A stretch of DNA of 31,396 nucleotides from Myxococcales bacterium (GCA_037441385.1 JBBISH010000081.1:1-31396), one strand, 5' to 3'; counted from the stretch's first letter, positions 21,156 to 28,823 are shown. Program-made: numbers and translations. Notes: generated from the sequence alone by a model not told the origin.

Positions 21156-21965
21156 CTAAAGGTGGATACCCATCAGGATGCGGCCCTGAAAACGCTCGAA
21201 GTCGTCCAGGTTCAGGCCCCGACCGGCCGGCACCGCGCTGCCGTAGCCCATCCACTGGGGCAGGGCCGACACGGCCATCCAGGCGTTGCCGCGCGACCAA
21301 CTCAGCACCGGGCCGGCAAACAGCGCGCCGTGCTTGAGCTCGTTCTTGGCGCCGGGCGCCTCGGGCTCCACGATGTTCGAGTTGACGGCCTCCAGGCCGA
21401 TACTCCAATTGTCGCGCACAAAGTAGGCAACGCCCGCCATGGCGTGCAGCTTGTGCTCTACGATGTTTTCGGCGTCGTTGCGTTCGAACTCGTACACGGC
21501 GTTGCACGCTAGGTGCAGATTGCCGATCCGCTTGTCCAGCAGCAGCTTGCCCTCCAGCTCCAGCTCGTCCGCGCCCAGCGTGCCTTCCAAGTACACCGCC
21601 GAGCCCACCGTGTCGGCCACCGCGTCGCTCAACTTGTACTTCCACTCGGACGAGATGCCCTTGTGATTACTAGCAGTTGCGATGGTGTCGCCCGCGCGCA
21701 TCCCCTCGACGCCAAAGTTGATGTACAGCGCGGTTTGCAGATTCTCGACCACGCCCACCTCGAACTCCAGACGGTTGTCGATACCGGTGTAGTAGCGGTC
21801 CTTGCCCAGGCGGGCGGTGGCCCAGGGCTCGACCTCGATCACCCCGGGGGCGAGCACATTGGTCTCGTAGGTGTAGGTGAAGTGGCGCTCGTTGGCGTGG
21901 GCCGCGGCAGCCAGGCCGAGCACGGTCGCGCTGGCGGCAAGGGCGGCAAGAAGGGTGCGGAGCAT
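21156..21965 (-). CDS. Putative outer-membrane beta-barrel/porin (DUF6662-like)
   Basis: Signal peptide ending AHA, mature N-terminus NERHFTYTYET..L.PG..EVE.W.T.R, alternating amphipathic beta-strands throughout, terminal strand RILMGIHL. Confidence 0.75.
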   Translation of the reverse strand: MLRTLLAALAASATVLGLAAAAHANERHFTYTYETNVLAPGVIEVEPWATARLGKDRYYTGIDNRLEFEVGVVENLQTALYINFGVEGMRAGDTIATASNHKGISSEWKYKLSDAVADTVGSAVYLEGTLGADELELEGKLLLDKRIGNLHLACNAVYEFERNDAENIVEHKLHAMAGVAYFVRDNWSIGLEAVNSNIVEPEAPGAKNELKHGALFAGPVLSWSRGNAWMAVSALPQWMGYGSAVPAGRGLNLDDFERFQGRILMGIHL

Positions 21966-22005
21966 GGTGCGCGATCCAGGCCGCCAGTTTCGGCGGCGTG
22001 GACGA

Positions 22006-22034
22006 AGCATAATGAAAATGATTTTCATTGTCAA
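22006..22034 (-). promoter_or_regulatory. Sigma70 promoter TTGACA-N17-TATGCT with a Fur-box-like operator in the spacer
   Basis: -35 at 22034-22029, -10 at 22011-22006. Perfect 9-1-9 palindrome AATGAAAAT-G-ATTTTCATT at 22011-22029 in an AT-rich island 40 nt upstream of the porin start. Confidence 0.85.
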
Positions 22035-22091
22035 TATCAGTTGTCACAGAGCTGTGGCGGGCCCGTGGCGAGCGCTAACCTGCTGACGATA

Positions 22092-22151
22092 TATGACTCT
22101 TGAGCTGATTGACCCTGTACGGTTTCCGAGACCCGGCCCGCGGGCGCGAGA
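22092..22151 (-). mobile_element. Degenerate MITE fragment (hairpin half)
   Basis: ctgattgaccctgtacggtttccgagacccggcccg...gcgaga resembles ctgattcacgcctgtacggttcctctgacccggtctg...gcgaga. Confidence 0.6.
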
Positions 22152-22206
22152 CCGGGGTACAGCGCGGCTGGAGCCCGTTCGCTGCCGCGGTTTGCTCAGG
22201 GAATCA

Positions 22207-22271
22207 TTCCAGTTCCGTCCGAATCGGATCGAACATCTGGGCGTTTCGCCGGGCCCGAATCGGGGTGCGTA
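22207..22271 (+). mobile_element. Short-form (65 bp) MITE, TCA target duplication
   Basis: TCA at 22204-22206 and 22272-22274. Keeps both termini of the long form but lacks the internal hairpin. The right TCA is the TGA stop of the adjacent kinase gene. Confidence 0.85.
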
Positions 22272-24281
22272 TCAGTAATTCGTCTTGCCGGTTGCGTCCC
22301 TAGCGCCGTGCGTCACGCTCTTGACCACTTCGGCAAGCTGCGCCAGCGAAAACGGCTTGGGCAACACGGCCGAGAAGCCGAAGGCCGCCGGGTCCGCCAT
22401 CACTGGATCGGTGGAGTAGCCGCTGCAAACAATCGCCTTTACATCGGGTTGTACACTGCGCATCGCCGCAAGGGTCTCTACCCCGCCCATGCCGCCATGC
22501 ACCGTCAAGTCCAGGATCACCACGTCGAACGGCGTGCCGGACTCCACGGCGTCGCGATGCGCCTCGACCGCGGCGTTGCCCTCGGCCGCGACGGCCACTT
22601 TTGCGCCAAGTCGCTCTAGGATGGTTTGGGTGGCGCTCAGCACCAGGGGCTCGTCGTCCATGACCAGGACCCGCAAGGACCCGACGAAGTTGATCGAGAT
22701 GCCCGTGGGGCGTTCCGCATCGCTGGTCGGATCTTCGTTGCTTGCCTGCAACCAGAACCGCATCGTGGTGCCCAGGCCCACGGCCGAGCTGGCCTCGATG
22801 TGGCCGTCGTGGCGCTTGATGATCGACAACACCGTGGCCAGACCCAGGCCTGAGCCGCGGCGCTTGGTCGAGTAGTAGGCGTCGAACACGCGCTGCAACT
22901 GAGGACCCGTCATGCCTGGGCCCGAGTCACTGACCTCGACGCTGACGCAGCGGCCCAAGTGACCATTGGGCCCCTCGACCTGGCCGGCCGCGCAGTTGCG
23001 CATGCGGACCGTGATCACACCCGAATTGGGCACGGCCTCGGCCGCGTTGACGAACAGGTTCTGGAATACCTGGCCGACCTGGCCGGCGTCGCCCGCCACT
23101 GCGCACAGGTCCGGCTCGATATCGAACTCGGCCACGACGCCAAAGCGGGGCAGGCAGTACGCGGCGGTGTCCCGGGCAATTTTCTCCAAGCTGATCGGCG
23201 CCTTGATCGGGCTCCCGCCGGCGGCAAATGTAATGAGCTGCTGGGTCAGCTCGCGGGCGCGCATCCCGGCGAGTTCGGCTTGCCGCAACAGCGTCGCCAC
23301 CGAGTCGTCGCCTTCGATCATCGCCGTGGCTAGCGAAAGATTGCCCATGATGGCTGCGAGAATATTGTTGAAATCATGTGCAATTCCGCCGGCAAGCGTC
23401 CCCACCGCCTTCAGCCGCTCCATGCGCAAGACCGTCTCTTCCAGGTTCTTGCGGTGGGTCACGTCCAGCACGAACAGGGCCAAGCTATGCGGCTTGCCGT
23501 CCGAATACAGCCAGGAACCATTGACTTGGCCCCACACTGGCTGCTGCGCTGCGTGGATGAGCCGCCAATCTTGGCCTGCGGAAGCTGCTGTGCCACCCAC
23601 CGCCTGCGACGGGTCGAGCATGGCCTCGGCCGCGGCGCAATCATCCGGGTGCACGAAATCGAGCAGACTCCTCCCGGTGAGCTGTTCGGCGGTCTGACCC
23701 AGCGTGCGCGCCAGGGCAACATTGGCCCGCGACACCATGCCCTCGGGCGAGACCAACGCCTGGCCGATTGCGCCGGTGTCAAACAGCACGCGAAAGCGCT
23801 CTTCGCTCTCTGCAAAGGCCTTTTCGGTTCGCTGCCGCGAGGCAAGCTGTTCGGCAAAGCCATCCACGGCGATCACTTCGCCGTTTTCGTTCCAGATTGG
23901 CACCAACGAGAACAGCACATGCACGATTGCGCCGGTCTTGGTGTTGGTCCGCTGCCCTTCAAAGCGAATGAAACCCTGGCGCTTGAGGTCCGGGTGACCA
24001 TAGATGCGGGCCGCGGCCTCGGCGCGCTCTTTGGGATCGTCATAGTGTTGCATGACCGAGACGCCCAGCACGTCGTCCGCGGTGTCGTAGCCGAACATCT
24101 GCGCAAAGGCGTTGTTGGCGCGGGTGACTTTGCCGGTGCGGTGGTCGATGTTGAAGTAGCCCAGATGCAGGCGATCAAAAGCGGCCCAGGCCATTTGCGC
24201 GTCGGACTGCGCCTCGGACTGCGCCTCGGACTGCGTGTCGGCGGCTCCCGTAGTGCGACCCTGGGCGGGACCTGTGACCAT
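22272..24281 (-). CDS. Cytoplasmic PAS-PAS hybrid histidine kinase (CckA-type H-box, REC)
   Basis: Two PAS domains (ANNAFAQMFGY; VHPDD), LAGGIAHDFNNIL, NLFVNA, DSGPG, GSGLGL, receiver DDE...ILDLTV...KPF. GAGG 6 nt before ATG 24281. Confidence 0.92.
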   Translation of the reverse strand: MVTGPAQGRTTGAADTQSEAQSEAQSDAQMAWAAFDRLHLGYFNIDHRTGKVTRANNAFAQMFGYDTADDVLGVSVMQHYDDPKERAEAAARIYGHPDLKRQGFIRFEGQRTNTKTGAIVHVLFSLVPIWNENGEVIAVDGFAEQLASRQRTEKAFAESEERFRVLFDTGAIGQALVSPEGMVSRANVALARTLGQTAEQLTGRSLLDFVHPDDCAAAEAMLDPSQAVGGTAASAGQDWRLIHAAQQPVWGQVNGSWLYSDGKPHSLALFVLDVTHRKNLEETVLRMERLKAVGTLAGGIAHDFNNILAAIMGNLSLATAMIEGDDSVATLLRQAELAGMRARELTQQLITFAAGGSPIKAPISLEKIARDTAAYCLPRFGVVAEFDIEPDLCAVAGDAGQVGQVFQNLFVNAAEAVPNSGVITVRMRNCAAGQVEGPNGHLGRCVSVEVSDSGPGMTGPQLQRVFDAYYSTKRRGSGLGLATVLSIIKRHDGHIEASSAVGLGTTMRFWLQASNEDPTSDAERPTGISINFVGSLRVLVMDDEPLVLSATQTILERLGAKVAVAAEGNAAVEAHRDAVESGTPFDVVILDLTVHGGMGGVETLAAMRSVQPDVKAIVCSGYSTDPVMADPAAFGFSAVLPKPFSLAQLAEVVKSVTHGARDATGKTNY

Positions 24282-24396
24282 CTGCATCCTCGCTGGGCAT
24301 AGAGAAGCCCGCCGGCGACCTTCCAGTCTAGCCAATGCCCACGGCCTTAAGGCTACGGCCCCGAGTAGACAGCGTCAATACCTGCTCAGCGCACTG

Positions 24397-24420
24397 CGTG
24401 CACCTGTCCGTGCACCTGTC
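24397..24420. repeat. Perfect 12-bp tandem direct repeat (CGTGCACCTGTC)x2
   Basis: Seen directly in the intergenic region upstream of the PAS kinase. Confidence 0.8.
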
Positions 24421-24443
24421 CAACCCGCCCTTGGGCGCCGCCC

Positions 24444-24509
24444 TACGGCATCCGTGGAATTCGGCCCAAAAACTTCTGCAATTCTCGTGGCTCGCCCCTG
24501 GAGTGCGTA
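24444..24509 (+). mobile_element. Short-form (66 bp) MITE, degenerate
   Basis: tacggcatccgtggaattcggcccaaaaacttctgcaattc...ggagtgcgta is colinear with 22207-22271 and with the termini of the long form. Confidence 0.7.
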
Positions 24510-24562
24510 TTGCAGTCAAGCCGGCGGCCCCGCGCCGCGCGTCACCTTGCCAGTCCTGTTGG

Positions 24563-24694
24563 TACGCACCCCGCCGGATTCACGCCCAAACGGATTCTGT
24601 GACCGGTTCTACAACCGGCGAGAATCGGGCGGGGACCCCAGTTCGGGCACCAAGAATTGCCCCAGCTTTCGCTGCAATACGGACGAAGCTGACA
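24563..24694 (-). mobile_element. 132-bp MITE-like element
   Basis: Ungapped match to 20960-21091 (tacgcaccccgccggattcacgcc...ggcgagaatcgggcggggacccc...). Flanks are TGG/TGA. Confidence 0.88.
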
Positions 24695-24755
24695 TGAGTT
24701 GACCATTTGCCCAGGTCTGCTTGCTTGGGGCGCTAGGATCACCCTTCTGGCTGGG

Positions 24756-26378
24756 CTACGCCACCTGGATATGGGCAAACTTTTCGCGCAATTGACGCTT
24801 GAGGACCTTGCCCGTGGCGCCCAGGGGCAGGGCATCGACGAACTCCACGGCGTCGGGCAGCTGCCACTTGATGATCCGCGCCTCCAAGAACGTCAAGAGT
24901 TCCGCGGCCTCTAGCTCTGCGCCGGGCGCCCGCACCACGATGAGCAGGGGGCGCTCGGTCCACTTGGCGCTGGGTACGCCGATCGCCGCAGCCTGGGCGA
25001 CCTTGGGGTGGCTCATCGCGGCGTTCTCCAGGTCGATCGACGAGATCCACTCGCCGCCCGACTTGATGACGTCTTTGCTGCGGTCGGTGATTTGCATGTA
25101 GCCGTCGGCGTCGATGGTGGCGATGTCGCCCGTGTAGAACCAGTCGCCGTCGTGGTTTTCGTCGCGGTCGCGGTGGAAATAGGCGCTGGCGACCCACGGG
25201 CCGCGCACTTGCAGGTGGCCGGGGGTTTCGCCGTCGTGCGGCAAGATCCGGTGGTCGTCGTCGACCAGGCGCAGGTCGATGCCATAGATGGGTCGCCCCT
25301 GTTTCTTCTTGATTTCAAGCAGGTCGGCGCTGTTCAGTCCGGCGTGCTTGGGCAAGAGCTGGTTGGCGGTGCCCAGCGGGCTGGTCTCGGTCATGCCCCA
25401 GGCGTGGATGACGCGGGCGCCGTGGTCGCGCTCGAAGGCCTCGATCATGCTGGGCGGACAGGCGGCGCCGCCGATCGTGACTTTTTGCACGCCGTGGAGT
25501 GTTGCGCCGACTGATTTGCAGTGGTTGAGCAGGCCGAGCCACACCGTGGGGACGCCGAGCAGGCTGGTCACGCGCTCTTGCTCGATGAGCTCCAACAGGT
25601 TCTTGCCGTCGAGTCCCGGGCCGGGCAAGACGAGCTTGCTGCCGACCATGGCGGCGGCATAGGGCACGCCCCAGGCGTTGACGTGGAACATCGGCACGAC
25701 GGGCAGGGTCACGTCGGCGGCGCAGAGGCCCAGCGAATCGACCATGGCGACCGCGTACGAGTGCAGCACGGTCGAGCGGTGCGAATACAGCACGCCCTTG
25801 GGATTGCCGGCGGTGCCGGACGTGTAACACAAAGCGCTGGCTTGGTTTTCGTCGAGCTTGGGCCAAGCGAACTCCTCGGGCTGGCCGGCGAGGAGGGATT
25901 CGTAGTCGCCCAGACCCGGCAGCTGCAGGTCGGCGGGCAAGTGTTCGGCAGCCGTCAGCGCGATGTACCGCTCGACCGCCAGGCCCTGGTGAGCGACGAA
26001 CTGGGCCAACTTGACAAACGTCAAGTCAAAGAACAGCAGCTTGTCCTCGGCATGGTCAACGATGTAGCGCAGTTGGTCGGTGGGCAGCCGCGGGTTGATG
26101 GTGTGCAACACCGCGCCCATGCCCGAGACGGCAAAGTACAACTCCAGGTGCCGCTGGGTGTTCCAGCCCAGGGTGGCGACGCGGTCGCCGGGCTGGACGC
26201 CCAGGGCCTGCAGGGCGTGCGCCAGCTGCCGGGCACGCTTGGCGACTTGGCCCCAGTTGGAGCGCACGATGGGGCCCTCGACCGTGCGCGTGATGACCTC
26301 GACGCTGGGGTGGAAGGTAGCGGCAAACTCGATCTGACTCGAAATCAGCAGCGGTTGCTGCATCATCAACCCAAGCAT
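24756..26378 (-). CDS. Medium/long-chain fatty-acid--CoA ligase (AlkK/DmdB-like)
   Basis: YTSGTAGNPKG, VVPMFHVNAWG, WGMTE, TGD, DRSKDVIKSGGEWISS and TGKVLK adenylate-forming motifs. GGGAG RBS. Confidence 0.93.
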   Translation of the reverse strand: MLGLMMQQPLLISSQIEFAATFHPSVEVITRTVEGPIVRSNWGQVAKRARQLAHALQALGVQPGDRVATLGWNTQRHLELYFAVSGMGAVLHTINPRLPTDQLRYIVDHAEDKLLFFDLTFVKLAQFVAHQGLAVERYIALTAAEHLPADLQLPGLGDYESLLAGQPEEFAWPKLDENQASALCYTSGTAGNPKGVLYSHRSTVLHSYAVAMVDSLGLCAADVTLPVVPMFHVNAWGVPYAAAMVGSKLVLPGPGLDGKNLLELIEQERVTSLLGVPTVWLGLLNHCKSVGATLHGVQKVTIGGAACPPSMIEAFERDHGARVIHAWGMTETSPLGTANQLLPKHAGLNSADLLEIKKKQGRPIYGIDLRLVDDDHRILPHDGETPGHLQVRGPWVASAYFHRDRDENHDGDWFYTGDIATIDADGYMQITDRSKDVIKSGGEWISSIDLENAAMSHPKVAQAAAIGVPSAKWTERPLLIVVRAPGAELEAAELLTFLEARIIKWQLPDAVEFVDALPLGATGKVLKRQLREKFAHIQVA

Positions 26379-26464
26379 GGCAGGCTCCCTGTCGGCCGCG
26401 ATGGCGACGACCGCGAGCCTACGGGCCGCTTGGGGCAGCGGTCAAGCCGCCGTTGCTCCGGCGC

Positions 26465-26696
26465 GACAGAAATGTGGGGGGCATTTTCTACTGCCGCATT
26501 GCAAAGGACTTTCTGTCCGCCTGGCCCTCCCGGCCCGGCGAGTAGAGGTTGGGGGGCATTTTCTGAAGCCGGTGTTCCGGCTCCCGGCCGGAGTGACGTT
26601 GTTGCGGCGCGGCCGCCGGTTCGGGCAAACCTCGCGGCTGCGGCAGGCGAAGTCGAACAATTCCGAACGGTAGAAAATGCCCCCCATCTTTCCGTC
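26465..26696. repeat. 27-bp inverted repeat pair with a third internal copy of the core TGGGGGGCATTTTCT
   Basis: Arms 26465-26491 and 26670-26696 match at 24/27. A third direct core copy lies at 26550-26564. Confidence 0.85.
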
Positions 26697-26700
26697 TGCC

Positions 26701-26728
26701 TTGACCCAAATACCCTCGCGCGCATACT
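26701..26728 (+). promoter_or_regulatory. Possible sigma70 promoter of the ubiquitin-fusion gene (TTGACC-N16-CATACT)
   Basis: Near-consensus hexamers about 40 nt upstream of the start codon. Confidence 0.4.
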
Positions 26729-26770
26729 GACGGGGCACTGGTCATGTGCGCGACAAGGTGGAGCATGGCA

Positions 26771-27580
26771 ATGGCATCGAACTGGGCTGGTCGCCGCTTG
26801 GTGGCGGCGGTGGTGGCACTAGCGGGCACGTGCACGGCCGTGATGGCCGTGGCGATGCCGATCTACGTCAAGACGTTGACCGGCAAGACGATTCCCCTTG
26901 ATGTGGCCCCCAGCGAGTCGATCGAGGGCGTCAAGGCGATGATTCAAGCCAAAGAGGGCTACCCGCCGGCCGCGCAGACCTTGATGTTTGCCGGCAAGAC
27001 CTTGTTGGAGAACCACACCCTGTCTGACTACAACATCCAGAAAGAGGCGACGCTGAACCTGATCATCGATTTCTGCGTCGCCAACGCCGTGGTCTGCACG
27101 GCCGCCGACGACTGCCACACCGCCGGCACCTGCGCCCCGGCTACCGGACTCTGCAGCGCCGCTACCGCCACCGACGGCACCGCCTGCAGCGATGGCGACG
27201 CGTGCACCAGCGCCGATCAATGCCTGGCCGGCCTCTGCAAAGGGACGGCGGTGCCGGGGTGCGGCGACGTCGACGCGGGCGCAACTCAACCGGATTCTGG
27301 GACTATGGACGCGGTCACCAGCGCCGACGCCAGTACAGCTACTGCGGCGGATGCGTCCGCCGACCCGGACGGGGGCGCCTCTACGGCCCCGCTCGCCGAT
27401 GCCCCAAGTGGAGACGGCAAAGGAGCGCAGGATGCCGCCTCGTCCCCGGCCGAGAGCGGCGGCGACTCCGGGTGCCAGGCAGCCACCGGGGCGGGCAGCT
27501 GCGGCACGTGGCTGACCCTTGCCTTGCTGGGGGCGATGGTGGTGCGGCGGCGTGCCGACCGGCGAGTCGCGTGGCCGTAG
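26771..27580 (+). CDS. Secreted, surface-anchored ubiquitin-domain protein (signal peptide, ubiquitin, Cys-rich repeat, linker, MYXO-CTERM-like tail)
   Basis: GGAG 7 nt before ATG 26771 (alternative start 26765). Ubiquitin domain 26855-27067 [17 protein letters not shown]...FAGK...[26 protein letters not shown] repeat. GC...[15 protein letters not shown] tail. Confidence 0.92.
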   Translation: MASNWAGRRLVAAVVALAGTCTAVMAVAMPIYVKTLTGKTIPLDVAPSESIEGVKAMIQAKEGYPPAAQTLMFAGKTLLENHTLSDYNIQKEATLNLIIDFCVANAVVCTAADDCHTAGTCAPATGLCSAATATDGTACSDGDACTSADQCLAGLCKGTAVPGCGDVDAGATQPDSGTMDAVTSADASTATAADASADPDGGASTAPLADAPSGDGKGAQDAASSPAESGGDSGCQAATGAGSCGTWLTLALLGAMVVRRRADRRVAWP

Positions 27581-27651
27581 CCTTGTCTGTGCCGTCTGCC
27601 GGCCGTGCCGTTTGGCTACCCGGACGCGGTGCGGACAGCCCTCAATCTGCT

Positions 27652-28143
27652 TCAAACGGACGCCGGCTCAAAGCGGCGCGGCGGCGGCGGCGACGCCTTC
27701 TTGAACAGGCCCGCCGCGATGCTATAGCCGAGCAGGGTGCCAAAGCCCATCTGCGTCATCAAGCCCAGCAGGTCGGTGCTCTGCCATTCTTGCATGACCT
27801 TGCCGTCTTCGATCCGCCGGGTGAACTGCCCGATAATCACCACATTCTTTCCCGTGGCCGGCGCGCCCATGAACTTGCCCGTGTTCTTGGCACGGGTCAC
27901 GAACCGGATGCTGACCAGGTCACCCTCGGCGATGACATGCGTGAATTCCATGGTCATTTCAGTCATGGCGTCTTTGAGCGCCTGCATGAAGCCGATGTAT
28001 TCGTCGCGGCTGTACACCGCGCTGTCGCCGGTGTAGGTGAAGCCGCTGTCCAAGAGCCCGTCGAGCTCCTTCCACTGGCCGTTCAGGATGGCCCGCGACA
28101 CGGCCAGCGCGGTGGACTTGTTGTTTTCGAGCGTTGTAGGCAT
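27652..28143 (-). CDS. SnoaL-like ester cyclase (NTF2 fold)
   Basis: IAEGDLV, G.FMGAPATGK.V, R.EDGK...W...D.LGLM.QMG. Strong AAGGAGG RBS. Confidence 0.88.
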   Translation of the reverse strand: MPTTLENNKSTALAVSRAILNGQWKELDGLLDSGFTYTGDSAVYSRDEYIGFMQALKDAMTEMTMEFTHVIAEGDLVSIRFVTRAKNTGKFMGAPATGKNVVIIGQFTRRIEDGKVMQEWQSTDLLGLMTQMGFGTLLGYSIAAGLFKKASPPPPRRFEPASV

Positions 28144-28166
28144 TGTTCCTCCTTGAGTGTGTCACT

Positions 28167-28195
28167 AACTTATCGTGGCGCACAATGATTGTCAA
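28167..28195 (-). promoter_or_regulatory. Sigma70 promoter TTGACA-N17-TAAGTT for the SnoaL gene, with a putative MarR operator ATCGTG-N3-CACAAT
   Basis: -35 at 28195-28190, -10 at 28172-28167. Imperfect palindrome at 28172-28186 between the divergent marR-family and snoaL-like genes. Confidence 0.7.
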
Positions 28196-28216
28196 GCACA
28201 ACGATTGGAATCCACG

Positions 28217-28675
28217 ATGAGCAGTCCGAACCTCGACGACCTTCCCGCCGCCTTGTCGCAGCACGCCGGCTACCTGCTGGTGCGGTTGGGCAAGCACGCA
28301 CAGCGCCTGTTTTCTTTGGCTATTTCGCCCGTAGGCTTGCGGCCCGGCCACGCCGACATCTTGTTGTCGCTGGCTGCGCGCGGCGCTCTGGCGCAAGTCG
28401 AGCTTGCGCAATTGCTGAACATCGAGCGGGCGCACTTGGTGGGCCTGCTGGACCAGCTAGAGGGAATGCAACTGCTGTTGCGGCAAACGGATCCCCACGA
28501 TCGTCGCCGGCACGCGGTGCGGTTGACCCTGCAGGGCGAGGCCGTGGCCGAGCAACTGGCGGCGATCGCGAACACCGTCGAGATGCAGGTGCTGGCTGGC
28601 TTGAGCGACGCCGAAGCCAGCGTGTTCCGCACGCTTCTGCAGCGGCTGGCCCGCGATGCGGACGAGGGCGATTGA
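28217..28675 (+). CDS. MarR family transcriptional regulator
   Basis: Q.ELA..L.IER..LV..LD.LE...LL.R..DP.DRR...V.LT..G winged-helix signature. Confidence 0.93.
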   Translation: MSSPNLDDLPAALSQHAGYLLVRLGKHAQRLFSLAISPVGLRPGHADILLSLAARGALAQVELAQLLNIERAHLVGLLDQLEGMQLLLRQTDPHDRRRHAVRLTLQGEAVAEQLAAIANTVEMQVLAGLSDAEASVFRTLLQRLARDADEGD

Positions 28676-28823
28676 CGGGCTCTTGCAGGCCAACTGGGAC
28701 TCATGGCCACCAGCCGGTCCGCGCGGGCTCGGCCAGCACCGGCGCGTCGCGGTCGCGCTGTGCACGAGCAGACAGCGGCGGCGGAACTTGCCACGCCCCA
28801 GGAAACCTGCGCAAAATTGCGCC

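Noticed and set aside
24756..26378. Gene symbol dmdB or alkK
   Set aside because: The subfamily is plausible, but substrate specificity cannot be set from motifs and no DMSP or alkane genes are adjacent.
26855..27067. Eukaryotic contamination or chimeric assembly
   Set aside because: In-frame fusion to bacterial signal and sorting modules, host-like codons, and about 34% divergence, which is far more than among canonical eukaryotic ubiquitins.
24756..28675. Bacterial ubiquitination (E1/E2/JAB) operon around the ubiquitin gene
   Set aside because: The neighbours are an ANL-family CoA ligase, a SnoaL protein and MarR. No E1, E2, RING or JAB motifs are visible, and the ubiquitin lacks Gly-Gly and appears exported.
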